This document shows, one piece after another, positions 41,753-52,520 of a stretch of DNA of 64,000 nt (its first letter is position 1; each line of letters opens with the position of its first letter). The notes under the pieces were generated by a model. It saw only the letters and a list, made by a program, of their open reading frames with translations. It made no database searches and was not told where the DNA came from. Source of the stretch: Candidatus Uhrbacteria bacterium (lineage in GTDB: Bacteria > Patescibacteriota > Patescibacteriia > JACPHY01); the NCBI GenBank assembly GCA_016188355.1, contig JACPHY010000015.1, forward strand, positions 1,040-65,039, written 5' to 3'. The position numbers and the translations under genes were made by a program.

Positions 41753-41932
41753 ATGCCCGTCACCATCCGCAAAAAAGGCAGCAAGTACGAGGTTCGTACC
41801 CCGCAGGGCGTTAAAGCGAAGGGGACGACCAGGGCCAAGGCGGAAGCGCAAAGGCGTCTCCTGAAAGGCATCGAGAGCGGCAAGTGGCGACCAACGGGGA
41901 AACCCAGACGGAAACGAACGACCCGCGCATGA
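41753..41932 (+). CDS. small highly basic protein (59 aa, missing from ORF track)
   Basis: MPVTIRKKGSKYEVRTPQGVKAKGTTRAKAEAQRRLLKGIESGKWRPTGKPRRKRTTRA*. Confidence 0.7.
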   Translation: MPVTIRKKGSKYEVRTPQGVKAKGTTRAKAEAQRRLLKGIESGKWRPTGKPRRKRTTRA

Positions 41933-41992
41933 GCATACATGATGCGTCCACCAACGAAACGACGGCCACCCGGTTGGGTGACCGTCTCCTGA

Positions 41993-42811
41993 TCAGCTCG
42001 TCGCGCCGTTCCCCTGCGATTCGATGACGACTTCCTGAAACCGCACTCGTCGCCGAACGCGCACCACCACGCTCCAACCGCTCGGGAGATGCGGGCTCAG
42101 GACACGCACCATGAGTTGCGCGAACTCCTTGATATTCTCTTCACTGGCTCCGGTTCGAGCCCCCGAAAGCCTCGCCAGATCGTGAAAGTTGCCCTCTGCC
42201 TGCACGAGGATCGTTTTGGCATTTGCCGGATACCAGCGGTAACCGAGCACCACGAGCGGTCCGTCATCCGGATCGTGGACGTGTTCGTCCTTTGCACGCA
42301 GACGCCTCCGGCTTCGCTCGGTGAGGTACGCAGGAAAGAGGTCATGGTCGAGCGGAATTGCTTGACCGATCTTGTTCCGGGTGGCCGTCCAATATTTATC
42401 CAGCCATTCCCACACAAACGAATAGCGCGCCCGCAACACCTCACGCGCGAGGGCGTGCCGCTTACTCTCCTCCGCCTGTTCCGGGGTTGGCTCTGGGAGC
42501 TTTCCGCTCGCGCGAATGCGATCAACGAATTCCAGCATCGCTTTCGCTTGCGCCGGATCCAAGTCCTCCTCCTCCAGAATACATTCCGCAAACGCCACCA
42601 CTGCCGCAGGAGAAGGCTCTGGCTCTGGATCGGGCCCTCCTCCATGCTCGAGCGCCCTGTCCATGTCCGCCCACGACTCCAGAACGAACGACACGCAGAG
42701 CTCCTCCGGAACGAGCCGAACAAGCTCCTCGATTCGCTGCCGGCCTCGCTCGAGATCTTCCAATGGACTTCCGCGCCCTTTGCGATCACCGATTGGCTCG
42801 TCAGAACTCAT
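41993..42811 (-). CDS. hypothetical protein
   Basis: GAGGAGG RBS; 272-aa ORF. Confidence 0.7.
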   Translation of the reverse strand: MSSDEPIGDRKGRGSPLEDLERGRQRIEELVRLVPEELCVSFVLESWADMDRALEHGGGPDPEPEPSPAAVVAFAECILEEEDLDPAQAKAMLEFVDRIRASGKLPEPTPEQAEESKRHALAREVLRARYSFVWEWLDKYWTATRNKIGQAIPLDHDLFPAYLTERSRRRLRAKDEHVHDPDDGPLVVLGYRWYPANAKTILVQAEGNFHDLARLSGARTGASEENIKEFAQLMVRVLSPHLPSGWSVVVRVRRRVRFQEVVIESQGNGATS

Positions 42812-42958
42812 GCAACCTCCTCAGGAAGGCTTCAGCCACCTCTTCGCAGTAAAAACAGATGCGATAAATATGCCGCGAATCCCTATTGTTGTCAATAAGA
42901 CGGACTTCCAGAAAAAACTGCCTCCGTGCGCCACCCGTTTCGCTATAATGGCAGCACT

Positions 42959-44113
42959 ATGCGCATCGGGATCGACGCACGACTCTACGGGGTGGCCAGC
43001 GGAACGGGTATTGGTCGATATACGGAAGAACTCGTGCACGCACTCGGTGCCATGCCAATAGAAACAGCGGACCTCGAATTTGTCGTCTTCCTCCGTCGGG
43101 ATGCATTCGCAACTTTTGCGCCGCCGAACACGCGGTGGTCGAAGGTACTCGCCGAGTTTCGGCCGTATACCCTGACTGCGCAGACACAATTCCCGCGCGT
43201 GCTTGCCGATGCGCGCGTGGATCTCATGCATTTTACGCACTTTGATCACCCGCTCGCGTATCGTGGGCCATTCCTCACGACCATCCACGACACCATCCTC
43301 CTCGACCACCCCACTACCCGCGCCTCGACGCTCGGCCCCATCAAATTCTGGACGAAATACCTCGCATATCGCTCGGTCATCCGTGACGCCGTCCGTCGCA
43401 GCATGCGCGTCCTCACCCCATCCCGCGCGGTCAAAGATGACCTCGTGCGGCGATTCCGCGTACTCCCGGAACAGGTCATCGCCGCGCATCTTGGGGTGAA
43501 CCACGCTGCACCCCCTCCTCCATCAGCGCAGCAGAATCGAACAGCAGCGGACGCGCCACCACTCCCCAATCGCCCATTCGTGCTCTACGTCGGTAATGCG
43601 TACCCACACAAGAATCTCGCATGGCTCGTTCGCGTATGGCCGAATATCGCCGAGGCTGAGGATGGTCTTCTCTTGGTGCTCGTGGGGCGAGAAGACGATT
43701 TCTACCACACACTCCGCACCCATGTGGATACTCGAACACCAATCGTGTTCATGGGGCCATGCGGTGATGAAGCACTACAGTGGCTCTATCAACACGCGAC
43801 CGCATACGTGAGCCCGAGTCTTGCGGAGGGATTCGATCTCCCCACGCTCGAGGCCGCAGCAAAAGGAATTCCCGTAGTTGCGACAAAAATACCCGTGCAC
43901 ACGGAAATACTCGGCGACGGTGCGCACTTCTTTCCCCCGGGGGACGGAGAAGCACTGCACCATGCCATACGCGAACTCCGAACCCATCACGAACTCCGTG
44001 ATATACTGATACGTCACGGGCGTGCGCGCGCGCAGCAATACTCCTGGTCCTCCTGCGCAACGGAAACACTGCGCGCGTATCGCGAGGCGCTCGCCCTCCG
44101 TTTCCCGTCCTAA
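42959..44113 (+). CDS. glycosyltransferase family 4
   Basis: MRIGIDAR, GIGRY, TIHD, YVGNAYPHKNL, SLAEGFDLPTLEA; TATAAT at 42944. Confidence 0.95.
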   Translation: MRIGIDARLYGVASGTGIGRYTEELVHALGAMPIETADLEFVVFLRRDAFATFAPPNTRWSKVLAEFRPYTLTAQTQFPRVLADARVDLMHFTHFDHPLAYRGPFLTTIHDTILLDHPTTRASTLGPIKFWTKYLAYRSVIRDAVRRSMRVLTPSRAVKDDLVRRFRVLPEQVIAAHLGVNHAAPPPPSAQQNRTAADAPPLPNRPFVLYVGNAYPHKNLAWLVRVWPNIAEAEDGLLLVLVGREDDFYHTLRTHVDTRTPIVFMGPCGDEALQWLYQHATAYVSPSLAEGFDLPTLEAAAKGIPVVATKIPVHTEILGDGAHFFPPGDGEALHHAIRELRTHHELRDILIRHGRARAQQYSWSSCATETLRAYREALALRFPS

Positions 44114-44186
44114 TACCCCGCGCCGCTGCGGGATCACCTACCTGCGGCCATCGGCATCGCTGCCACACCGCAGACCCTCCCGGACT

Positions 44187-47063
44187 GTGCCCCGTGCCAT
44201 TTCCTCCACGCCGCGACCACGCCGCACCGCATCCCGCGTCAAACGGGATAGCATCCCTCCTGATCACAACCTCCCGGAGCTTCTGGGATGCCTCCCTGCG
44301 CTCCTTTCCGATCGAAACCTCACGGCGTTCCACGACGAAGCCACGGGCACGCTCCATGCGTGGGAGCCGCTCATCACGTACCACGCACCGCCCGATCGCA
44401 CCGCGCACACGCCCATCACATCTTCCCTTGCCACCACCCCCGCACCCCTCACACCGAAAGTCGGTGTCGCAGCACCAGTGCCCAATCGCATCGCCATCCC
44501 CATTGCCGCCGGCACCGCGCCACAACGATCCACCTCCGCTCCGATGGTCACCGCTCCTGGCGCACGCACCTCGACCGCGCCCCTCCCATTCGCCGTTCCC
44601 ATTGATGCTCGCCTCCCGCGAGATCCATCGCGCCACGTCATCGCCCTCACCCGGCCGGCACCGCAGCGACGCCCAATCCCCACCCCCGCACTCGATCTTG
44701 CAGCAAGCGTTCGTACACAGATTGCGGCGCGACTCCCCCAGCAATCCCCCGTCACCACACTGCGTCTATGGTGGCAGCAGATCCGTACGCGATCATTTCG
44801 GATCTCCGTGTCACCCACCCCATCCGTTCCTGCCCCCGCCATCGCCGTTCGCGCGCCGTACGACGAACTCCTCATCTGCACCGTCTGCATCGGCACCATG
44901 GACACGCTCTGGCGGGAACTCGGTTGGCCGATCTGGCAATTTTTCCGCCTTCCGCACCCCCACACACTTCGCACGCAGCTCCGGCTCTGGTGGTGGGCAC
45001 GTACCCTGCCCTATCGCGCATTGCCCGCGCTGAGTCCGGCGAGCAATCGTCTCTGCGTGGCACCGGTGCGCATTGCGCCGGTCGAACGCACCCGCATCCA
45101 ATTCCGCCATGCCGCCACATTCGCACTCACCCTCACCCTCACCATTCTCCCGCTCAAAATTTTCGGACTGAGTGCGGAACTTCCTGCAATCCGTAGCCGT
45201 GTCCTCGGTGCAACCGCACACGTGCTCGATGGATTCGCTACCGGCGCTGCGGCGGTGCAACAGTCCTCCTTCCAACAGGCAATCACGGACTTCAATGCCG
45301 CACGCACCACCCTCGACAACATCGCCCAAATCGCCGGCCCCGCATCACAGCTCGGACTCGCGGCGAGTCGCCATGTACCATTCCTGCAATCGACCATCGG
45401 ACGCGCGGAAGACGCGCGGCGCGCAGCAATAGCCCTCGCGGACGCCAGTAGCGCCGCCACTCGTGGCATTGCACTGCTCACGACCATCGACCCCCAATCG
45501 CCCGACAGTCGCGACGCGCTCCGTGCGGCAACTGCCGCATTCCACACGGCACGCACCCGCGCTGATGCAGCAGCGGAACTCCTCCCCCATGCGGCGCCCG
45601 CACTCGTCCCCACGATTACCCGAGCACAATACGAGCTCCGTCGCGTGGAATCTCTCCTCCCCATCCTCACCGCGCTCGCCGGCATGGATCGTCCACGACG
45701 GATCCTCCTCGTATTCCAAAACCCCGCAGAGCTTCGCCCGACCGGCGGATTCATGGGATCCATTGCGCTCCTCGATGTCGCAAATGGCACGGTGCAAAAT
45801 TTTGAACTTCCGGGAGGAGGGTCGTACGACATCTCCGGACAATCCCGCCTGCGCGTCCTCCCACCGGAACCCCTGCGACTCCTCACCTCCACATGGCAAT
45901 TCCATGACGCGAACTGGTTTCCTGATTTTCCCACGAGCGCACGACAGCTCCGCACGTTCTACATCGCCGGAGGAGGCCCCAGCGTCGATGCGGTGATTGC
46001 CGTGAACGCGCCACTCCTCTCGGACATACTCGCACTCACCGGTCCAGTGACGGTCGGAGAGCGCTCATTCGGTGCAGCGGATGTGCTCACCGCAATCACG
46101 GACACCGTGGAAAGTGCGGCCGCACGGCGTACGGGACAGCCAAAGGCCATCCTCGGCGCGCTCGCACCGGAATTGCTCCGCCGACTGACTACCCTCACCA
46201 TGGATGGCGACACCTCGACACGCCTCCTGCTCCTGGATCGACTCCTCCGCGCATTCGATGAACGAGATGTACTCGTCCATTTCTCCGATGATGCCGTGCA
46301 ACGCGCAGTGGCGACCGCGCGATGGGATGGAGCCGTACACAGCGCACCACGAGATTCCCTCTTCGTCGTTCATGCGAACATTGGCGGCGGGAAAACCGAT
46401 ACCTCCATCCGCACGAATACCGCACACACCGCGAACCTCCGGGCCGATGGTTCCATCGTGGACACCCTCCGAATCACGAGAACGCATGAGGGCACGCCCG
46501 CACCTGTCGGAACACCGGCATCCGCGCGCCTTGCCGGACTCCATCATCTCGACTACATTCGCGTGTATGTGCCGCGAGGCGCCACGTTGCTCAGTGCGCA
46601 AGGATTCCAATCTCCGGATGCCGCTGCCTTTGAGCCCATCCCCACGGATGCCATCCCTGATCGTACCCTCCTCGCCACGGAACTCACCCCCACCATCGAT
46701 CCGCGCACCGGCATTCGCATTACCGAAGAATTCGGTCACACGGTGTTTGGCGGCTGGCTGCAAATCGATCCGGGCACATCGACTGCCGTGCAATTGACCT
46801 ACGTCCTGCCATGGCAAATCGAACGGACACGCACGAACGCGATCGGCACACCAGTTCCCGCCGATCCGCAGTCCTACTCGCTTGCCGTGCAAAAACAACC
46901 GGGGATGCAAACCACCTTCCAACACTCCTTCACCATCGATCCAAGCTGGCGCACCACATGGATCGCGCGCAACCTCCACGCACAGGGAACACGCACCTGG
47001 AACGTTGATGATCTCCTCACCACCGATCTCTTCACGGGAGCACTCGTGGCTCCAAAAAACTAA
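44187..47063 (+). CDS. DUF4012 domain protein (start uncertain)
   Basis: LLVFQNPAELRPTGGFMGS, DANWFPDFPTSA, NIGGGKTD, YIRVYVPRGA, VQKQPG. Confidence 0.9.
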   Translation: MPRAISSTPRPRRTASRVKRDSIPPDHNLPELLGCLPALLSDRNLTAFHDEATGTLHAWEPLITYHAPPDRTAHTPITSSLATTPAPLTPKVGVAAPVPNRIAIPIAAGTAPQRSTSAPMVTAPGARTSTAPLPFAVPIDARLPRDPSRHVIALTRPAPQRRPIPTPALDLAASVRTQIAARLPQQSPVTTLRLWWQQIRTRSFRISVSPTPSVPAPAIAVRAPYDELLICTVCIGTMDTLWRELGWPIWQFFRLPHPHTLRTQLRLWWWARTLPYRALPALSPASNRLCVAPVRIAPVERTRIQFRHAATFALTLTLTILPLKIFGLSAELPAIRSRVLGATAHVLDGFATGAAAVQQSSFQQAITDFNAARTTLDNIAQIAGPASQLGLAASRHVPFLQSTIGRAEDARRAAIALADASSAATRGIALLTTIDPQSPDSRDALRAATAAFHTARTRADAAAELLPHAAPALVPTITRAQYELRRVESLLPILTALAGMDRPRRILLVFQNPAELRPTGGFMGSIALLDVANGTVQNFELPGGGSYDISGQSRLRVLPPEPLRLLTSTWQFHDANWFPDFPTSARQLRTFYIAGGGPSVDAVIAVNAPLLSDILALTGPVTVGERSFGAADVLTAITDTVESAAARRTGQPKAILGALAPELLRRLTTLTMDGDTSTRLLLLDRLLRAFDERDVLVHFSDDAVQRAVATARWDGAVHSAPRDSLFVVHANIGGGKTDTSIRTNTAHTANLRADGSIVDTLRITRTHEGTPAPVGTPASARLAGLHHLDYIRVYVPRGATLLSAQGFQSPDAAAFEPIPTDAIPDRTLLATELTPTIDPRTGIRITEEFGHTVFGGWLQIDPGTSTAVQLTYVLPWQIERTRTNAIGTPVPADPQSYSLAVQKQPGMQTTFQHSFTIDPSWRTTWIARNLHAQGTRTWNVDDLLTTDLFTGALVAPKN

Positions 47064-47086
47064 AACACGAAAAACGCGAGAACCAT

Positions 47087-48526
47087 ATGTCGCATGAGTC
47101 GAACAAACGGAAACGTCACGGCATTCCCACGCGCATTCGCCGAGAAAACGTGGAGCGCATTTATCGAGATGCCGACGGCAATCTGCCCGACTTTACGCGA
47201 CTCGATCGCCGACCGCCCACCTGGCGCCGATGGGCAATTGCGGGAAGCCTCGTGGCACTCGCCATGCTCGCGGTTGCCGCATGGACGAGCTTCCTCCTCT
47301 TTAAGCCGTACGCCGTTTCGAGTGGCAGTGACGTCCTCCTCACCATCGATGCACCCTCCGCCGTCGGATTCGGCGAGGAAACCACCTATCGGGTCACGCT
47401 CACCAACAACGATCGCGTCCCCCTTGCGTCCAGCAGCATTGAACTCCGACTCCCGGGAGACTTCCGCATGATCACCGCGCTCCCGACGCCCGATGATACC
47501 CACACGCTCCGATGGACGCTGGGCACCATCCCGGACCATGGACATAAAACGATTGAGGTACGGGGACAGATATTCGGCGCGCCCGCCAATAGTGTCGTGA
47601 TCGACGCATTGGCCATCTACCGACCCGCCAATTTCAATGCGGACTTCCAAACCACCGCGTCCGCGTCCACCGTACTCGGTGCAAGTCCGATCGCCCTCAG
47701 TATCGAGGGACCCACCGAAATACTGCCGCGCAGTCCCGTCACCTACACCCTCACCTACGAACACCTCGGGGAACGCATCCTTCCCCCCATGCAGGTCACC
47801 GTAGATGCACCGCGCACCTTCGTGCTCACCTCTGCAAAGCCAGAACGCGCACGGAAAGACCTGCTGCAATGGTCCCTGGGCGAACTCCCCCCGAATGCCA
47901 AGGGCACCATCATCCTCACCGGGAACTTCACGGATGGCGGACGGGATCCCATCACGCTCCGCGCGACCGCACTCCTAAAAACCACGAACGATCACTCCAT
48001 CGCGCTCGCCAGCACGGAGACCAGTACCATGGTGGTGGGTGGAGATGTGGCGGTCGTTGCCACGGCCAACGATCAAGCGACAGCACTGGACGTCCATGCC
48101 GGCGATACGCTGCGCTTCCGATCCACCATTCGCAATGATGGCACCAAACCCCTGCAAGGCGTGACCGTGCATGCCATACTCGAAGCTCCGGCAATTGGCG
48201 ACCGCAGCATCCTCAACTTCAACCACATCACCGACACGGCAAACGGAATCGCCATCGGGGAACAACTGGGCGCCGGGCGACGCCGGGGCACCATTACGTG
48301 GACCGCCACAGAAATCCCTGCTCTGACCACGATTCCGCCCGGCGAGCAACGACAAATCGACTTCGTCCTTCCCCTCCATACCACCGAATCCCTTCCTGGT
48401 TTCCCCACGAAAGGAACCATCACCTTCCGCACGACCGTCGATATTGCGACCACCGGAACTACGCCCGCACGCACCGTACCGAGCAACACGCTCACCATGC
48501 AGCTCCGAGACGCCACCACCCCATAG
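47087..48526 (+). CDS. membrane-anchored protein with Ig-like (DUF11-like) domains
   Basis: N-terminal TM, repeated 'W.LG.(I/L)P....G.I...G' modules. Confidence 0.8.
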   Translation: MSHESNKRKRHGIPTRIRRENVERIYRDADGNLPDFTRLDRRPPTWRRWAIAGSLVALAMLAVAAWTSFLLFKPYAVSSGSDVLLTIDAPSAVGFGEETTYRVTLTNNDRVPLASSSIELRLPGDFRMITALPTPDDTHTLRWTLGTIPDHGHKTIEVRGQIFGAPANSVVIDALAIYRPANFNADFQTTASASTVLGASPIALSIEGPTEILPRSPVTYTLTYEHLGERILPPMQVTVDAPRTFVLTSAKPERARKDLLQWSLGELPPNAKGTIILTGNFTDGGRDPITLRATALLKTTNDHSIALASTETSTMVVGGDVAVVATANDQATALDVHAGDTLRFRSTIRNDGTKPLQGVTVHAILEAPAIGDRSILNFNHITDTANGIAIGEQLGAGRRRGTITWTATEIPALTTIPPGEQRQIDFVLPLHTTESLPGFPTKGTITFRTTVDIATTGTTPARTVPSNTLTMQLRDATTP

Positions 48527-48531
48527 CGCCA

Positions 48532-48565
48532 CGTCGCCGCCAGACTCATGAGTCTGGCGGCGACG
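48532..48565. repeat. perfect 34-bp palindrome
   Basis: CGTCGCCGCCAGACTCA|TGAGTCTGGCGGCGACG. Confidence 0.9.
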
Positions 48566-48627
48566 CATCTCATGCGCAACGATCGCGTCCGCTGTTCGTT
48601 CCATCACCCCACCCGGAGGAGGGAGTC

Positions 48628-49032
48628 ATGCCGCCAACCAGTCGCACCATGAAGCCTGCGGATATTCTGGGCGCGCTGCTCGCGCTCACCCAAACGGAAC
48701 ACGACGTACTCCCCTACGACCGCACCCGTCTCCATCACGCCCTCTGTGTCGCACGGCTCGCATCGCCCATGCTCACGCACCTCGGATGCGCCGCATATCC
48801 CCACGAGGACCACCCCATCGTCGACGCGACGCTCATTCAGATGCAACGCGCGAGGGTACTCAAAATCGTGGAAACCGATGGACGCTGCACCATCGAACTC
48901 TCCGCAGTTCGCTACTTCGATGAAATCGTACTCGCCAAATTTACCCGCGACGACCTGAGCGCCTTACGCCGTGCGGCAAAAATATTTGGCGCAGCACTCC
49001 TGGGACCGGAACCAACCCCCACCGGAGCATGA
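48628..49032 (+). CDS. hypothetical protein
   Basis: GGAGAGGGAG RBS; hairpin after stop. Confidence 0.65.
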   Translation: MPPTSRTMKPADILGALLALTQTEHDVLPYDRTRLHHALCVARLASPMLTHLGCAAYPHEDHPIVDATLIQMQRARVLKIVETDGRCTIELSAVRYFDEIVLAKFTRDDLSALRRAAKIFGAALLGPEPTPTGA

Positions 49033-49085
49033 GACAACGAGCGGACCACCGAGGTGGCCCGCGTTTTCTTGTTCGGCACATCCCC

Positions 49086-49859
49086 TCATGGTTTTCCCGG
49101 ACGCACGATCGGCACCGCTGCGTGCCACAGGAGATCGAATGTCGTACGGAACGTCACCGCAATTTCGCCGCTCGCAATGAGGATCATTGTATTCTCCCGA
49201 CGCGTCGTGATGAATCCCACCTCTTCTCCAAAGGTAATCGTGGTCGCCGGCAAGGTGATGCCCTGCGGCAAAAAACGCGATTCCCGCAGCTCATCCGCAT
49301 CTTTCGCCACAATGCGACGCGCAGCAGGAGAATCCACAATGAGCTGCCGACTCCGAATGCCGCGACGAATCCGCTCTGCGATAATCCGCTCCACCAGATA
49401 CGCCTCGCGGACGAATTCCGTCAGCCCCACGCCGCTCGTACAAATTTCGTATGCGGAAACCCCGGAGCGAAAAATACGCTCCCACAGCTGGCGGAATCCA
49501 TCACTCCCCTCGTAAAGCGTCACCCCCGCGCCAGGGCGAACGCTCGCACGGATAGCCTCCAATTCCGGCAATATCTCCGTGAATGCCTGGGAACGTGTCT
49601 GGAGCCGTGCGGCAAGTGCTGCGGGCGATTCCGCCGTGTACACACTCCCGCGGTGACGTTTACCCAAACGAACATATCCCTCTCGTCGGAGGGACTCGAG
49701 CATGGGATACAGCGTCGTCCGCGGTAAACGAGTCCGCCGCGCAAGCTCCAAAACCGTGGTAGATCCCAACTCCAAACACGCAAGGTACACCTGCGCGTGC
49801 TTTGCATCGAACCCGAAGACGCGGAGCGCATCCACGAGATGTGCGGTGATCATGCGCAT
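49086..49859 (-). CDS. TrmB family transcriptional regulator
   Basis: FGF...AQVYLACLELG...LARRTRLPRTTLYPMLESL, AESP, TLYEG, FDLLW. Confidence 0.92.
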   Translation of the reverse strand: MRMITAHLVDALRVFGFDAKHAQVYLACLELGSTTVLELARRTRLPRTTLYPMLESLRREGYVRLGKRHRGSVYTAESPAALAARLQTRSQAFTEILPELEAIRASVRPGAGVTLYEGSDGFRQLWERIFRSGVSAYEICTSGVGLTEFVREAYLVERIIAERIRRGIRSRQLIVDSPAARRIVAKDADELRESRFLPQGITLPATTITFGEEVGFITTRRENTMILIASGEIAVTFRTTFDLLWHAAVPIVRPGKP

Positions 49860-49987
49860 ACAGTATGGAATGCACCATCATACCCGGACAGCAGATACGT
49901 TGTCGATTTTTTCGACAGATACGGATCGCGCGATCCGCACGCACGACCTCTAAAAAAAACGACCGGTCCCAAAGGGACCGGCCATCA

Positions 49988-50443
49988 TTACTCCGCACGC
50001 GCGGCAGCATGCGCGCGCCACCAAGAAAGGCGGACCACGAGACATGGGTCACGCTCACCCCAATCCGCAATCGCACACTGCACGCGCCCGCTCCTCCCGA
50101 TGAGTTGATCCAGCTCCCGAATCAACGCGCAGCCGCGCGGATAGTAGCAATACCGAAGAAAGAGCATGGTGATTACACTGTACGCGAGCAACGTCACGGA
50201 AATCGCAAAGAGCACACGGAGCGATTCCAGCGAAAGGAACGGCCCCACGATCACACACACGCACACGGCGAACGGCATGCCGAGGAATCCAAGGAGAAAC
50301 GGCGCATCACCGCACCATCGCAGGGAACGAAGGAGCGCTTGTGCTCGGATCATCGCCAACTCGCGTTCCCGCACTCGCTCTGCCGCGATCACGCCGCGCA
50401 CCAGCATCGTGCGCTGCTGCGTACGGGGTAACACATCCACCAT
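49988..50443 (-). CDS. hypothetical 2-TM membrane protein
   Basis: GGAGG RBS; terminator CCGGTCCC/GGGACCGG plus T-run at 49952-49981. Confidence 0.65.
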   Translation of the reverse strand: MVDVLPRTQQRTMLVRGVIAAERVRERELAMIRAQALLRSLRWCGDAPFLLGFLGMPFAVCVCVIVGPFLSLESLRVLFAISVTLLAYSVITMLFLRYCYYPRGCALIRELDQLIGRSGRVQCAIADWGERDPCLVVRLSWWRAHAAARAE

Positions 50444-50590
50444 GTCGCACCTCCATGACCAAAAGAACAACCCACGAGCAACGGCTCGGGGAAGTTGATA
50501 TCGTACACCACGCAAAAACGGAGTCAAGGAAAGCCGATCGCCTCCCTTAAACCACGAACAACGTCCGCCCCCGAAGGAGCGGACGCAACC

Positions 50591-51325
50591 TCACGCGTCA
50601 ACCAGAAGCACGACGACGCCCGCCGCCACCGCAACCATTGCGGTAACGTATGCGGTAACGTAGGGACGCACGCGCTCCCACATCGGATGCGCGGTCTGCA
50701 CGGATACTCCACTGCTCCGCGCAGGGACGCGACGTTCGCGCATGCTTTCTGCGTGCTCCGGCGCGCATTCCATCGTCTCACTGCTCGGATAATACGGAAT
50801 CCCCGCTGCATCCTCATGCCGAATGGCATGCATATATCGTGCCAGCCGAGCGATCGGCTCTCGCTGCGGGTCCAGCAGGATGAGCAGGGCGGGATCCCCC
50901 CAACCATCAATGGCCACCACCGCGGCATCACGGATGCGCACGTCACCATGACGAAGCGCCGCACGCATAATCGCTACTCCCCAGTCACCAACGACCGCCA
51001 ACCCGCAGCGGCCCACGCAGCGCACGAGCCCTGCCGCAAGTATCGCATTCCGCTCCGCGTATTCCGCGTACAGCGCCTCCAACCATCCCGGCACCCGTAA
51101 CGGCTGGGCACGGAGTACGGATGCAAAATACGTTTCTGCGGGGTGCGGCACGCCATCCTCAACCATCGTCGCGGACAGCAACTGATACGCCTGCGCGCGG
51201 AATGCCGCGAAACCACCGTACGCCGAATCGACAACCGAATCTGGAGCCGTCTCCAGAATCATCTCCTCATCAACGACCACCTCTAGTGCGGCCGCAACAG
51301 GGGAAGACACGACACACACCTCCAT
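50591..51325 (-). CDS. hypothetical protein with HEAT-like repeat and C-terminal TM
   Basis: ALRHGDVRIRDAAVVAIDGWG. Confidence 0.6.
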   Translation of the reverse strand: MEVCVVSSPVAAALEVVVDEEMILETAPDSVVDSAYGGFAAFRAQAYQLLSATMVEDGVPHPAETYFASVLRAQPLRVPGWLEALYAEYAERNAILAAGLVRCVGRCGLAVVGDWGVAIMRAALRHGDVRIRDAAVVAIDGWGDPALLILLDPQREPIARLARYMHAIRHEDAAGIPYYPSSETMECAPEHAESMRERRVPARSSGVSVQTAHPMWERVRPYVTAYVTAMVAVAAGVVVLLVDA

Positions 51326-51462
51326 GGGGCATCCGCTATCGGGCGGCCCACTATTCTGCAGGAATGAACCAATTTCGGATACTGGAGGCAGGGTAGCAGT
51401 CAGCACCGGAAAAGACAAGCGCCCGACCCCGAAGGGGCGGGCGCTCACCGATCGGACGATCG

Positions 51463-51843
51463 CTACCGTAGCTGGACGCGGAGGGCGAGGTCAATGAGGA
51501 ACTGAACCTGTCCCCCAACGGCGCGCATGGCCCTCTCCGCAACCTCACGCCAGCACATCGCCCGGAACTGATCCCCTCCCGCCTCGGAGCTCCCGAGGTA
51601 TTGCGTCATCCATTGCAGGTCCGGAATCTTCCTGATGTACTCGCGCAGACGCCGCTGCGCATCCTCGAAGCTCTCCCCCCCCTCCATCCGCATATACTCG
51701 AAGTACGTCCCCGGCTTCGCGGTCATGGACGTTGACGGCTGCGACGCGATGCACACGCTGCGCACGAACGGTACCGGCACGTCGGTCGCAAGCTCGATCA
51801 TGAGGTACGCGGTATCCCGATTCACTGCCTGTGGCTTGGCCAT
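51463..51843 (-). CDS. hypothetical protein
   Basis: GGGAGAGG RBS before ATG 51843; hairpin 51418-51445. Confidence 0.65.
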   Translation of the reverse strand: MAKPQAVNRDTAYLMIELATDVPVPFVRSVCIASQPSTSMTAKPGTYFEYMRMEGGESFEDAQRRLREYIRKIPDLQWMTQYLGSSEAGGDQFRAMCWREVAERAMRAVGGQVQFLIDLALRVQLR

Positions 51844-51991
51844 TGTTCGCCTCTCCCTTGCTGCCCGGTCATTGCGGGCGAAAAGAAACACCAGATAATC
51901 TGAATGACTTGGCACAATACCAAAATCCAAATAATCTGTCAACCCTGGCCGCCATTCGGCCAGTGCGTGCGGAAGGAGTACAATATCATCT

Positions 51992-52435
51992 ATGCATCGA
52001 ATGCGTGTGTGTGCTCGGGTATGCGTGCTGGTGTTCTTGGGCATCCTCATCGCTGCCCCGAGCATTGCCGCGACCAAAAAGAAAATCACGAAACCAGCTC
52101 CTCGCACCTCCATCAAAGCAGCAAAACAACCAGCACGTTTCGGACCATTTACGTCAGAACGACAGGTACTGGCGATCTATCAAAAGGTCTCCTTTGCCAG
52201 CCTAGCTCCAAACGCGCAAAAATTACTCTGTAAGGAAATCACTCGCGGACATCCGAAGTCCTACACCATCGCGCGACCCACGCCCAAGCAAGCAGCGAAA
52301 TTGAGTGAGCTCTACGGCGGATGCCAAGCCCTCGCCCGCCTTGAGTACCTCAAAACACTCGCCCCCACACCGGACAACGCCGCCATCGGGAGCATCGAAT
52401 CATCCATACCCGCCCCTCCTCCGGCAGTGCCATAG
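51992..52435 (+). CDS. hypothetical secreted basic protein
   Basis: Signal-like N-terminus, Lys-rich; followed by hairpin 52479-52520. Confidence 0.6.
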   Translation: MHRMRVCARVCVLVFLGILIAAPSIAATKKKITKPAPRTSIKAAKQPARFGPFTSERQVLAIYQKVSFASLAPNAQKLLCKEITRGHPKSYTIARPTPKQAAKLSELYGGCQALARLEYLKTLAPTPDNAAIGSIESSIPAPPPAVP

Positions 52436-52478
52436 CGATGCTCCCATATCTGCGCTAGCCCGGATATCGACGACAATA

Positions 52479-52520
52479 CACAGAGCAGCTCCGCCTCTCC
52501 CGAGGCGGAGCTGCTCTGTG
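52479..52520. terminator. hairpin between convergent genes
   Basis: CACAGAGCAGCTCCGCCTC-tccc-GAGGCGGAGCTGCTCTGTG. Confidence 0.75.
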
